From assembly GCA_003693705.1 (NCBI GenBank), contig RBZT01000672.1, forward strand, positions 1 through 64,000: a DNA stretch of 64,000 nucleotides, written 5' to 3'. A program made the position numbers and the translations under genes. Positions 1 through 12,404 of the stretch are shown in pieces. Numbering within the stretch: position 1 is the first letter of the stretch; every line of letters begins with the position of its first letter. Under the pieces are notes generated by a model. That model saw nothing but the letters and a program-made list of their open reading frames with translations. It searched no databases and was not told the DNA's origin. Origin of the DNA: Polymyxa betae A26-41. Lineage: Eukaryota > Protista > Endomyxa: Phytomyxea.

Positions 1-1049
1 CATTCAAAGAGTAGAACGTGGACGCAGCAGAGAAATCAATATGGCCACCAGAAGCGCGGGCATTGAGCTCGACTGGAGAGGAGCTCGTCTGCGAGGCAGC
101 AATAGCTAGAACCTTGATTAGTGTGCTTTCAATGGTCCAGCTCCCGGTTGTTGTAATCAGACTCGCTTCGCTTGCGTCCAACTCAAGGAAGGTACCACCA
201 GATGACAATCCTCCAAGATGGAAAGCCCGAGACGCTGTGGAGCCCAGAGTAATCGCTGATGCTCCGGCTTGTATACTACTGCTTGGCATTAACTCGATGT
301 CAGAGGCGAATAGAGTTATCGGTAGTGATGACTCTATGAGCATATCAGTATTTGAATTCAAAGTAAAAACGCCCGTTCCGTCCGCATTGGAATCAGCCAA
401 AATGGAACAAAATCCATTCTCAATGGTAATGTCTTGGTCGATTGAGATGGATGATGTGCTAGTAAGTTGAAAATGGCCTTTAACGTAAGATGCTGTGTCA
501 AGGATTGTACTCATAGTTATCGAATCAGCTTGCAAAGTGACTGAAGAGTTGGATTGTACATATTCTCCTATATTTAGGTCGCCAACAGTAACTTCGATAT
601 TAAGATTGTCATTACACTGAATAGAAGCATTGGTTGTAACGCCTGATCCGGCAGAAATATCTAGCGTTGAGCCAACTTTAACCGCTTGATGTATATAAAT
701 GAAAGTATCGGCCTGTAAAGTTAACCCATGCGATTCTGTTCCTTGACCGATGCTGCTTGAGACTGTTAATGTCCCATTTGAAGCAATTATAACATCGCTA
801 GTAAGCATCGCATTGCTAATAGCCGATGCACTAATTGTCGCAATAGTGGGACCCGAAGTCAAAGAAATTGTAGGTAAAAGATCATCATTGTTGCCAGACT
901 CTTGTATGATGATGATATTAGAAGAAGAAGCAATTTGTAATGTGATAAGCACCCCTACTTAAACGAATTTTAATGCAACGAGATTGTGACGCTGAAATAT
1001 TTTCACCATATACAGTCGTAATTAGGGATCGCAGCGTTAATGGTTTCAT
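1..1049 (-). CDS. Secreted Ser/Thr/Ile-rich beta-helix/adhesin-like protein, 5' part (runs off window start)
   Basis: ATG at 1049 and a 52-nt GT-AG intron (1006-955) give MKPLTLRSLITTVYGVLITLQIASS (signal-peptide-like). The frame then stays open to position 1 with alternating beta-strand patterns (GTLTVSSSI, GDLNIG, ADSNADGTGVFTL). Not in the ORF track. Confidence 0.75.
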
Positions 1050-2271
1050 AACGGCAATTACCACCAATTGACCGACAGGATCAGATGGGGTCGCCTTTGT
1101 AGGCAAATTCGAAGCTCTTCCAGCAGCCAACGAGTAGACCAGATGGTCAGAATAAACAAAATATACATCTACTGTACAGCGGTCGACATCAGAATGACAC
1201 TAATTCGATACACATATGTAAGGCCAGAAACGTGAAACATCGTTGGATAAGAGGGCTGCGGCGCGAGGCCAAACAACAATGGCATTGAAGATGACGGTTG
1301 CGGAACCCCGAAAGTGAGCAGCCATTATGGGTCTTGCAATCGGATGCCATTTAGCCTTCGAGCATACGCTGTGCAGTTAACAGCAGAACAGAAATGGAGA
1401 TGATGCACCAAAACAATGCGAATCCCGTGCTAACCAAAGTCGACGTGGATAAGGAATCTGAATCCGCTCATGAAAGCGTTGGCGAAACAGACGCCGCATA
1501 TACATTGCGATAAGAAAACAGTAAGAATTAGCGAAAAGTTATCTGCACAATCGCGTGTGTGCAAACGGCGAATTCAGATTAGCTATGCAATATATCTGTC
1601 GTTCTTGAATGTTTATTCGTGCTGATGTCGGAATCGTTATTGCAAGAGTAACGCGCAGTTTTGTGAATAGTTTGACTTTAATGACCGAGTTAACAACAGC
1701 CTTAGTGGTTAACGACATCGATGGTCTGCAGTTGAAGCAGAAAGGCGTTATTGCTGGATCGCTTTCAGGTTTGTAATTCTGGAATAATAATGCCGCAGCT
1801 GAAATTATACTGTAGACCAAAATCTAGATTCTGATTCGATTCGGGCGAGAGAGTTTACTGCTTCCGTCGATTTTCTGGACGTCTCTGTCGCTCCTATTGT
1901 CAAAATTATCGAATATGAACTACAAAAGGCAATCGATATTGTCAGTCATGAGAGTGATCTCCCGACATCGGCTAACCAAAGCTCATTTAGCACTGAATGC
2001 CTGGAATCCCCTGCTTTCTAATCATTCGCCCGGAACAATTTCTATGTCAGCTTTACTATAATCAGCCGTTTGTTTCAAAAAGAAAGTTTTTTGTTGATCA
2101 AATGTGTATAAAGACTATTTTGAGTCAAAGACGTTTGCTGGTGTAATGAAATTCCGACGAGATTGATACGCAAAAGCTCTGGAATGCCGTTAAGAAAAGT
2201 TCGTCGTAAATCGTATTTTTGTGAAATTAATCGGACTTTTGTTTCCGAAAACATTTGTCATTTCAAATGTG

Positions 2272-4623
2272 ATGGACTCTTCACTCCATTGCATTAAAAC
2301 ACTGCAACGATTATTGCGAGACAAAGGTGATCTGAATGCAATTAGCGATTGTCTCCAACGCCTACCCTTTGATTCTAGTGAATCAGCGACCTATACATCA
2401 TTCGTATGCGACCTCATTTCGTCCATTCAATGGCTTCGCCTTTCTCAAAATTGTTTTCAATTATGTACCAAACACATCCAGCATGTTCCATCCTCTACCC
2501 TAATTCAAGCATTTCATATGCTGCTGTTAAAACACGATCTCGATCAAGGCATTGTTGTTGACGCTGCTGATTTATTTATTGAGCTATTTCTACAAGATTC
2601 TGCACGATTTCATCAGCTATTTTCTGACCCTTTCGTGGATAAACGAAGGATTAGCTGCTGTGCTCTTATTGTCAAAGCTCTTGCTGCTCTGCCTACAATG
2701 TTTGCCAACGCAGGCCAAGGAATCGTGCGTCCTGAGTTGGCACCACAAGCATTCTTCTCCAAATTTTGCACGTATGCAGTTAGCTATCTCAAGAAGAATC
2801 ATTCTGCAAATCTTTTTATGATGTCAGTGATCGCTAAACTCGCACGTTCCGGATCGACAGAACTAATCGTAGCCGAGCTGGTAAACTCATGTTTGATACC
2901 AAATGAAGCTTGGCAGCTGGTTGCTGTTTCTGAGTATTGCATCATCTTCGAGAAGACTGCCACTTATGGTCTCAATTCTGCCTGTAAACCCAATCGAGTT
3001 TTGCAAACTTTTCTGCCGCAGAACATAGTGAACGCCCATCCTTCTCTAATTCGCACAATATCAAGGTTGTTTTTAGATAAGACTCTAAGCAAAAACTCGT
3101 TGTATGCTCTCGTTCTATATTTGAGCCAGCATGCTGACCGTACGGCATTCGTTAATACGTTCGAAGAAATCGCTTCAGTTTGGTCTGCAACGTCAAAATC
3201 TAAGAATCTTTCAATTATTCAGCAAGCTTCTTTATCCCAAGCCGTTATCCTCTTTCTGGAGAGATCGACTCAGACGGAACTCAATGCATCTTCTACGTTA
3301 GTGAGCCAAATTCTAAATGGCGTCCAAGATCGGTTACGCTCACCAACAGCTGATATTCGTATCATGGGTATGCGTGCCGGCGAAGCTCTTTCGTCAAGAT
3401 TAACTCCTGATCAGCCATTGATATTTACCAATGAGGAAGATGAGGACGGAAGTGTGAACCAAGAAATTCATGTCGATTTCGGTCTGGGTTTAGATTTATG
3501 TTTGTCATATTTTGAAGAATCGTCTTCTTCAAATTCACAAGAAAGCCAGGCCACTCCACCAGTTAGTTCTGAAGCTAACGATGTCTCGTGGATACACGGC
3601 GACCGACTCCCGGATGACGATGAATTCGAGACTGTCAAGGACAAACTTGACATCGCTGTTGCTCATGGCGCTGATGACGGCATCATGCCACCTAAACAGG
3701 TTCCTGCTCCTCGCTTCCTTCGCGAATGTCTGGATTATTTAAGAGAGAAAAAGCCTTTTGATTCTCGTGAATATTTTGAATGTGCGTTGGAGAGCATCCC
3801 ATCAGTGATTCAAGCTGAACCCTACGACTTGCGATCTCTTTCAGTCAGCCTTGCTCTTCACATTCTGAATCTTCACAATAAGTATGCCACTGCTCAGTTC
3901 GACTTTCTTCAAAGGAAAGCATTGGTTGCAATTGCATCTTCTTCTCCTGATAATGTAAGCCCACAAATGATCCGAGCGTTCTATTCGTCCAATTTCACCA
4001 TCAGCAATCGTCTGCTTGTGCTTGACGTACTTGCTGATTCTGCCAAATTTATGTCAAAGCTTTGCGCTTCGCCACCGTCTATTGAACGGGGTGATGGCGC
4101 CAAGCTACTTCCCATTCGTGAATTGCAGCCTACCTCTCTGGAGATTTCTGCACGGATTGAGAGCAAGACGCGTCGCTGGGGTCGCCGACAATATGAGCCA
4201 ATTTTGGGAATCAACAAGTTTGCCATATATGCGGATTCACTCCTATTCAATCTTCTATCACCACAAGAGGAAATACCGTTTCGATTATATACCGATGACG
4301 CTGTTGTGTTGGTTCGTCTCCTTCATGTTGCCGGCATTATTGTGGAATGCGGAGGCGTTTCTGCCAGCTTCAAGGCTAGTCTTGATAATCTTTTCAAACT
4401 TCTGTGGTCGGTTAGAGGACATGAAACTGTTTCGGTTCGTTTGGCATCACTCTTTGCACTGTCCAGGATATTATTGTTTCAAGGCACATTTGTTTCTTTC
4501 ACAGAAGATGCCAAAAAATTTACTGACGTATCAGAATGGCTACACGAGGCATACAGTCATGATTCAGAGTCTGATGTTAGGAATCTGGCTCTATTCTCTA
4601 TTAGGCTTTTATCAAATAGATAA
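2272..4623 (+). CDS. TEL2: Telomere length regulation protein Tel2 (TTT complex)
   Basis: Intronless ORF with ILNGVQDRLRSP..IRIMGMRAGE, PRFLRECLDYL, FYSSNFTISNRLLVLDVL and KTRRWG motifs typical of Tel2/TELO2. First ATG at 2272. Confidence 0.9.
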   Translation: MDSSLHCIKTLQRLLRDKGDLNAISDCLQRLPFDSSESATYTSFVCDLISSIQWLRLSQNCFQLCTKHIQHVPSSTLIQAFHMLLLKHDLDQGIVVDAADLFIELFLQDSARFHQLFSDPFVDKRRISCCALIVKALAALPTMFANAGQGIVRPELAPQAFFSKFCTYAVSYLKKNHSANLFMMSVIAKLARSGSTELIVAELVNSCLIPNEAWQLVAVSEYCIIFEKTATYGLNSACKPNRVLQTFLPQNIVNAHPSLIRTISRLFLDKTLSKNSLYALVLYLSQHADRTAFVNTFEEIASVWSATSKSKNLSIIQQASLSQAVILFLERSTQTELNASSTLVSQILNGVQDRLRSPTADIRIMGMRAGEALSSRLTPDQPLIFTNEEDEDGSVNQEIHVDFGLGLDLCLSYFEESSSSNSQESQATPPVSSEANDVSWIHGDRLPDDDEFETVKDKLDIAVAHGADDGIMPPKQVPAPRFLRECLDYLREKKPFDSREYFECALESIPSVIQAEPYDLRSLSVSLALHILNLHNKYATAQFDFLQRKALVAIASSSPDNVSPQMIRAFYSSNFTISNRLLVLDVLADSAKFMSKLCASPPSIERGDGAKLLPIRELQPTSLEISARIESKTRRWGRRQYEPILGINKFAIYADSLLFNLLSPQEEIPFRLYTDDAVVLVRLLHVAGIIVECGGVSASFKASLDNLFKLLWSVRGHETVSVRLASLFALSRILLFQGTFVSFTEDAKKFTDVSEWLHEAYSHDSESDVRNLALFSIRLLSNR

Positions 4624-4650
4624 TTTATTTGAATATTGTTTGCCCATGTT

Positions 4651-6849
4651 TCAAGTGGAAACTTGGTCAGGTGTATTAGTGTGAAGTTGAAAGTTCCTAT
4701 CTGTCAGGTTTAGCCAAAACTTTTCTGTATCGCCTACATTCCTGTAAATGCCAACTGATTTGTCACGAAATTGTCTAACAGATTTACCAGTGAAACTTAA
4801 GACAAGTTTCTCTGAAGCTTCGATGAACTGCTTTTGAAGTTGCCTATATTCTTCTAAAAACGAATCTGTCCGCCATCTCCTGAGCACTCCACATTAGAAA
4901 GCAAATTTTGTTCAATGGAATCAGAATACCATGCTAACTTTGTGGCGTTGGTATCAGAACTCGGCAAATTGTTCATGCTACAGTTTTGATTTTCTTGTAC
5001 CTTTCCTTGCTTTGACCCGACTGGTAGGCTTAAAGCAATAAACTCCCTGGATCGTTTCTGGGTTTTTATATTCATTTGGGAGACTGGCAGGCCTCCTGAG
5101 CATTTTGTAGGTTCTACAGGCATGCTCGAATTGGTTTCCCTGTCCCGATTTGTGCTCAGAAATTTCTCCAGTATTTCTGTTGAAAAAGCTATGGACGCTT
5201 TCCGAACGGGAGCGATGTATTCTTTAGGCAACTTATTTCTCTTTAGAGCACCAAGAGCCGGCCGGGCTTGTACATGACACAATCTCACTTTTCGTGTGAT
5301 CATATGATTAAGAACTGAAGGAAAATCTGATCCCGCTCAGCCTTGAATCTGTTGATCAAACTACAGACCAACCTGATCGTGCGAACTCGACTACAATCTG
5401 GTTTATACGTTTTTCTGTACATTCAAAGAGATCTTGGACGTTAGAGACTTGCATCGTTAATGCAGAAGAACTTCGGTTCCCTTTGAGATTATCAGTCAGC
5501 TCACATGACGCAGAGACAAAAGAGGTTGCCTTTGGTCTCAATTATATCAGTATATCGTAAAGCTAAGACTATGGGATCTGTAGACATATCCTCGTTGGCA
5601 AACTGGCACTAAATGCAGACTCAGATGTTCAGTAATTACACCGAACTGAAAACCCACAGTGATGGTGACGTCGCTCAGATTGAAATCCACCCAGACAGGA
5701 TATCCCAGATCTTTCTTATCTAACAGAAGTTTCTTTGACAGAAATGAGGTCACCCTAGTTCACATTCAATATCCTGGAGTTCCATTGTTAATCTGCAAAC
5801 GTGGATAATGCGAATTTGGAACGAATGTCGTTTGCAGTATTAATCCAAGAGCGAATTCTCTGAACAGTCAACTCTGGTTCTTTGTCCATTCTTTCAACGA
5901 TTGACATTAAAGAACTTGATAATTGTATCACTTGATTCGATTCTGCATTCTGCGCTTCCAGAATTCCATTGCAAACTCTACTGCAAGTCGTTTTTGATTT
6001 TGAAATCATCTTCAATCGGCGAAGCTTATGAATTATTTTTAACAGCGCCTGTTTCAGTCTAAGACGTTAATCGTCTCTTCGACCTGTAATACCCACCTCG
6101 ACCGTATTCGCTTGAACAAGGAAATTTCCACATTCACCAATAAATGATCCAGCAAGAAAGCAGCTTTTTCACTTTAACAAAAAAGAAAATTGCATAAAAA
6201 TCAATTACGTTGCATCATCGCCTAAAATGAAATGAAAATGCTGGAGTAATTGCAGTTTCGACGATTTGATTCGACTACAGATTGAATCGGTCTGTATTCG
6301 GTTGAGCCTAATTCAGAACGAACAGAAACCACTGATTACCAAAATGGAAAACGTTTCTGCGAAACGGCGAAGAAAATGGGCATTATCCTTTGCCGTTCTA
6401 AAGAGCGCATCGAGCAGAATTCGTCCCGATTCCGTTGCCAGTGTCCGAAACAGTGTATCTGTAGCAACCAATGTATCCGATCACCCGAGAGAATCTGGTT
6501 AATCTCACCGTTTAATTCAGCCGGACCACGTTCATAAAGTGCTTGCAATAAATCCAACATTGTGTTGCACAAAGCTGTATAAAGATCGCTTTTCGCTTCG
6601 GCCATTTCCAGCAACCGCTTTGCCAGCTGCAATTCGAAAAAAGTGGATTTTAGCTTCATCCATCTCCATTACCTAGATTCTTACAGTTATCAGTTTGACT
6701 AAATCTTCAGCAAGGAAGCTTGCAACATGATCGGAGTCCTCAATTGAGCAAAGAAGATCCGTCAGGCCCAATCTAATCTCGGAAAGTTCGGTTGGCGTCA
6801 ATGCAGAAGACGCCAGTGCTTGGCTCGACAGCTGCGTCAGAATCGGCAT
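4651..6849 (-). CDS. Multi-exon SYCP2/Red1-like meiotic axis protein (putative)
   Basis: Helical N-terminus. Spliced core IRSWINTAN...STVTSFLSKKLLLDKKDLGYPVWVDFNLS resembles the recalled SYCP2 segment RIFLNLVN...VFTF...LDKYEL...FWIDFNLG. Low-complexity middle and helical/coiled C-terminus. Confidence 0.55.
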
Positions 6850-7099
6850 TTCAACGATTAAGACCAGCAGACAGACAGAAATGAGCACTATCTAGATCAG
6901 ACCATCTGTCATCTCACATGAAGACACGTTTCAACTACAACCTCATTGGCAACGTTACTATAGCGCAACTCAGGCCTCACTTTCAAGGCTATTCAGTCCC
7001 AATAGTAGTTAATTTGGTAATTTCGAATGAAACCCAACTCAATAAATACGACAATCCGATAACTTTCTTCTCTATTATTAAAAACCCGGAAAGGCGTGT

Positions 7100-7832
7100 T
7101 TACGCCTCCATCATTGCCTCATCTTTGACTACCACAACAGGGCAATGGGCATGATTCACGATGTATTTCGAGACGCTTCCTTTTCCGACTAAGGTCAGCA
7201 TGGCGCCCTTGAATGCCCCAATGTTTCGCTTGCCGACAACCACATCTTCAATTGCATGGCTGTTCACCCACTGTATTAGTGTATCCGCTACAGATCCGAA
7301 TGATTGCTCCAGTACTCTTGTATGCACTTCCCATCCATCCGGTTTAACTTTAGATTTATATTCTTTCATCACCTATAGTAGACATTAACCGAGGCCAACA
7401 ATTCGAGAACTAGAAGCAAAATACCTGTTTGGCGTCGTACAGTATCGACTTTCGACAACGTTCCAAAGCTTCGAGTTCGGCTGGAACAGCGGCGCCTATA
7501 AGTGAAGCATATTGAGCACCAATCACGAAACTGGCAAGGTAATCACTTCCTAATCCACCCATGGTTGGGGTCAAAATCGTGCTTGGTGCAGGAACGCATG
7601 ACACGAGAATGACGACATCTCCAGGCCGAATGAGATTATCCTATGAAGCATTCAGATTCAGAGACACGATCGAATTCGCCGAATCGACTTGAGCCCAAGC
7701 GAGCGCTTGATGGGAGGGCTTATGGTTAGGCTCTGGAGACACAAACACCACCACTGTTCGATGATGCTGATGGTCGGTTTCCTCCTGAATGTCGCCTGTT
7801 GAAGGGGCTGCTTCGCGATCTTCTGATCCCAT
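7100..7832 (-). CDS. Universal stress protein (UspA domain), copy 1
   Basis: Spliced exons; C-terminal DVVVGKR...GSVSKYIVNHAHCPVVVVK USP signature. Confidence 0.9.
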
Positions 7833-8190
7833 GATAGGTGCAATACTATATCGGTACAAAACGCTTAATAACGGTGTCCGGATCCGTACAGAACGCGCAT
7901 TTACTGTATCATTGTTCAGGCAACATGACCGCAAGCGAGACTCGCTTGTCCCTACCAGATGTATTCGACGATGCGAACTATTTCGATGGTAAACTACAAA
8001 ACAAACTGCAAGGAAATCCTAGTGCGAGATTATACGAAAGAGAAGGCGAGCATTCGAAGGCGAAGACGTTTACAAGCAGGCAGGATCATGAAAGTTTTAT
8101 TTGGCGGCCAAAAACGTGGTCAAAAAAGGAGGAACCAAAAAACCAGAAGAGTTAGGAGGAAGATCGCGGATCGTCCACAACACAACTCAG

Positions 8191-8923
8191 TTAAGTCTGT
8201 TCGCCCGGTTTTACAATAACCAATGGACAGTTGAGATGTTCGGCTAAATAAGATGAAACGCTCCCTTTTCCTGCCAATGTTAGAACAGCCTTCTGCAGTA
8301 ACCCTAACTGTCGGCGGCCAATAACGCCCTGTATACAATCACGAAAGTTGTGTTGTGTCAGAATACTACATGCCTGGTCGATCTTCTGCTTATTTGCCCA
8401 TGCTGCCAATGTTGCACCAATTGTTGAATAGGTTTGCTCCAGGATTTCAACCTCAGCATTGAATCCTTGTCGTTGCGCGTCTTCCTTATACCGATTCAAA
8501 GTCTGCAAAATAGTATCATAGCTTGCCGTTTGCATGGCGTTTTCGACCTCTTTGGCAGCGTCGATATCTCCCTGATTCTTTTGTTGCAGAACGCTAATTT
8601 CTAAGGCAGCCGAGGGCGATGCTATTGCAACCGATCTTAATCAGTAAGTACTAGAATTTGGTGTGCTTACAGCCGATAGCCCCAAGTGCTGGCAGGATAT
8701 TATCCACAAATCTACTCGGAACCTGACAAAGGTCTTATTACCAGGATAGTCAGTTGTCAGCTTAAAAACCAACGACGGTGACGAAGACAATAGTATCGTT
8801 AAGTTTCAGAATGTAACTCTGAGCCCATTGCCATGCATAGCGGGAGTTTGCATGATCCCATTTTGGGTCTACGAAGATCATCATCTGCCTGCCATCACCA
8901 TTACTAACATCATCTCTCCCCAT
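8191..8923 (-). CDS. Universal stress protein (UspA domain), copy 2
   Basis: MGRDDVSNGDGRQMMIFVD...AWQWAQ start; C-terminal VIGRR...GSVSSYLAEHLNCPLVIVK. Confidence 0.9.
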
Positions 8924-9034
8924 AGTGGAAATGATGCGCTCTGACTACTTACGCCGAACTTCATCCTCAATTTTCTAAGCAGTGAAATACCTTCACAGCA
9001 ACCACAAGAAAATATCTTTACTCAAAAGTGAGAT

Positions 9035-9420
9035 TTATTTCGCCCAGTGCGATTTCGTTCTCATTTTAGAATATTTCGCTTTGGGTGCCTCGCTAGTTTT
9101 TAGTCGTGAATACCATTTGCTATCCTGAGACGACTGCTGCGTCCTCGGGTCGGCGTTGTCGCTAAAGCATTCTGCATGGTATCGCATCTGGATTCGAGCA
9201 CCACGCCTTTCTGCTATCAATTCACCCAGGACAGAAATGGGCTTCTTACATTGTCGGCAGATATGTCCCAGATCACTTTTTAAACACTCGCGTTTTCTAA
9301 ACGACCCTATTGAAGCTTTATAAATACATGCGAACATATAACAAATCCATCAAACAGACAGTATTGATCGTCATTCGTTGGTATGGATGCCGGCGAAGCA
9401 CTTGAACGCTCTTCGCTCAT
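9035..9420 (-). CDS. Small zinc-finger protein (CxxC...HxxC, PARP/LIM-like finger)
   Basis: CRQCKKPI...RYHAECF; ATG at 9420 with one probable intron. Confidence 0.55.
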
Positions 9421-9751
9421 CAGCAAGACATGTACATAAGCCCGGGCGGGCCAACGGCTCTTGCCTTTCTGTGACGAAAATATACTTTCGATCGGTTTCT
9501 TTCACGAGACATTTATGCAACGAACTGGGATTCCCTTTGTCCGAAAACACAATCTGAACCTCGATATGATCTTGTAATCATTAAAGGCTTAGAAAAGTTT
9601 CAGTAATGAAAGCTCGAGTTTGATCTCGAAGAGTTGTGGCCTCTCTGTTATGAAGCAGGTGAGAAGCTATACAGGTAACATTGACTGACGAGCCCCTTTC
9701 AATCTGTTGTAATCTCACTTTCAAGTATAGCTGACATCTTTGCATTCAAAG

Positions 9752-11877
9752 ATGACACAAGATTGGGCAGCAACAGCTGACAAAGCACTGGCAAATGGCG
9801 ATTATGGCCTAGCTAAGGAGGCCTACACCCATGCCATCGAACAAGCTGAGGCGGTGGCAGATTGCAAGCGCTATACTCTCTATGCCAATCGAAGTGAAGC
9901 CAAATACCGAATGCAAGATTATTCATCAGCGCTGGAAGATGCCGAACGCTCGGTCTATCTGAAACCTTCGTACGGGATCGGGCATTTGCGTGTTGGCAAA
10001 GCCTTGGAGGCACTCAAACAGTACCAGAATGCCTGCGAAGCCTATAAGCTTGGGCTGATCCATGATGCAGCGAGTCAGAATCTACTTCAAGCCAGAAATA
10101 AGATCTCTCAATTGATTGAAAGGATGGAGACTGAGAAAGAAGCGCCTGAACACGAATCGCTATCACCTAACCTTAAGACGTTTCTGAGATGGCTCAAAGA
10201 AAAAGGCGCAAAGGTTCAAAACGTGGCGATCTGTTTCTCTCACTCTCTCAGACGTTTTAGTTTCCGAAAGTTGCCATTTCTGAATATGGAGATGAATATC
10301 GAGGCGTTGTCGCGAAGAATACCATTCAGGGTGACGAAATCGTGATTTCGGTTCCAAGGAGTCTCATGATCACATCTGAGAACGCCATTCAGTCATCTAT
10401 AGGACATGCCATCATACAATCAGTATGTGATGAACAATGTGCTTGCTATCGCTCAATGATTGCAGGGCGTGGAAGTAAAAAGCAGGCATTCCTTCCTTGC
10501 TGCATTTCTGTTGCAAGAGCGCTCACGGCCAGAAAACGATCCCTCCCCTTGGGCTCCATATCTTGACGTCCTGCCTGAAAAGTTCGAAAATATTCCTCTC
10601 AACTTTTCACGAGAGGAACTGTCTTATTTAAAAGGCTCTATGGCAATCGATAAGATTGAGACACGAATCGAGCTGTTGAAATCTGAGTATAAGAGGATAG
10701 CTAATGTAATAATGTGTAGCAGTATCGTTTGCACAAAATGATGTTGTGGCAGTCTGTTCCTGCATTCGCTCAATTTTCCTACGAGGAATTCGCATGGGCT
10801 CGTTGCGTTGTGATAACAAGAATATTTGGGGTGACCGTAGATGGTCGGAAAACGGAAGCCCTTGTTCCATTAGCTGATTTTCTCAATCACAAAAGGCCTC
10901 GAGAGGTGTTTGTTTCTAACTATTCTTCCAACTTCCTAAGCGTTTTTGCAGACTGTTTGGCTCTACGAACCCGTATCAAGTTGTTTTAATATCACCTCAT
11001 TAGGGACGATCAGTAATGGGATGCAGGTGAGACCATTTTCGGTTGTTATCCCTATATTCTTCATCTTTGATTCAGATCACGGATTCGTATGGTCGGAAAT
11101 GCAATTCACGGTTTGGTGATCGCATTTCTGAAACCAAGCTTGCTGACATCTGGATAGGTTCTTTACGAATTATGGCTTCAGTATTGAAGACAATGATGAT
11201 AATGAGGCAATTATGAGGTTCGCTTTAGACCCTAGCGACCCACTACTTCATCGAAAAGCGCTATTCCTTCGCGAAGATGGGCCGACGTCAGTTTATTACT
11301 TGTAGGAAACTTGGCATAATCTGAGTATTAAAAAGGACCGAGAAAATCTTCTCGATACCCGCGAGCGTTGGCAAAGATGCTGCAGTTTCTGAAGTGATGG
11401 CATTCCTTCGTCTAGCTGCCGCTAATCACAGTGAGTTTGATCAAATATGCGAGGCTACGATCCCAAACGTAGGGCACGACATCTGTTATGCCTTCTTAAA
11501 CTTAACCAATCGTTTCGCAGTTAAAGAGAATACAGCCTATCAATTGCCGAAATGAGCAAGCTGCGTTGTATCTTCTAAAATCTGGTTGCCTATCGGCGTT
11601 ATCAGATTTCGAGACCACTCTCGAAAATGATCACTTACTATTGGACGATTGTACGCTGACTCCAAATGTCAGGAATTGCATCGTTATGCGAATGGGGGAG
11701 AAGAAAGTCCTTAATTTCTTTATCGAATTTGTGGACGATATGGTCCCTCTTTTGTCCCTCCCAAAAATTGATATAAATTGGGTATTGAGTCGCTGCCAGG
11801 AGCGTCACTTCTCTGGAGCTTTTGACGTATACATTGATTCTGTCATTGTTCCAATAGTGAAAAATGATCCTTCATAA
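9752..11877 (+). CDS. TPR + SET-domain protein methyltransferase (SETD3/Rubisco-LSMT family)
   Basis: N-terminal TPRs (LYANRSEAKY, GHLRVGKAL). SET motifs WAPYLDVLP, ALVPLADFLNH, SYG..N..F.NYGF; C-terminal LSMT substrate-binding-like region. Confidence 0.88.
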
Positions 11878-11973
11878 AATAATAAAGATGTATGTATATT
11901 GTCTAATAAGAGAAGCCCGGTTCGTGGATGAGACGCGGATGATGTATATTATCAATTAGCTTGGAAGGTTTTT

Positions 11974-12267
11974 TTACGGGCCTTGAGACTTGTGCAAATA
12001 GGGATAAAGGAGATGCAGGACAAACACAATGAAGAGAATGAGCAGAAGCAGAATTGAGAGACGTGCCAACATGAGTACAAAGCTGCGCTTGAGATTCTCA
12101 TTGTTATATCCAGTAGCAATGATAATGGGTCCTGACAGAATCGACGATTTCCGCGCCCGCCTTGGCGTTTCTTCAGCAAATCGATACAGAACATCAGCGT
12201 TTGGCTCAGGAACTTGATCGCAAGCCGGTTTCGAGTAGGTCGCCATGGTCGCCGATTCTTCCATCAA
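11974..12267 (-). CDS. Small hypothetical single-pass membrane protein
   Basis: 97-aa ORF with C-terminal hydrophobic helix LSILLLLILFIVFVLHLLY. Confidence 0.45.
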   Translation of the reverse strand: MMEESATMATYSKPACDQVPEPNADVLYRFAEETPRRARKSSILSGPIIIATGYNNENLKRSFVLMLARLSILLLLILFIVFVLHLLYPYLHKSQGP

Positions 12268-12404
12268 TGAATAGAAACCGCAGCGAGACTGTGATGTCAG
12301 CAGCCATATCTGCTACTGGGCAGACTCAGTGATCATTGAATACATAGCAGGCGTTATAGATCCTATACAAATCTATACCATGTAGTGACATTCGGAACAG
12401 AAAG

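Noticed and set aside
18-962. Plus-strand ORFs 18-470 and 750-962
   Set aside because: Antisense shadows of the longer minus-strand secreted-protein frame.
1100-2200. Possible small spliced gene(s), for example a plus-strand exon 1817-2020 or a minus-strand hydrophobic ORF near 1330-1530
   Set aside because: Could not build a consistent start and exon chain or recognise a family; left uncalled.
4016-4684. 222-aa alternative-frame ORF within TEL2
   Set aside because: Overlaps a well-supported gene, has atypical composition and no motifs.
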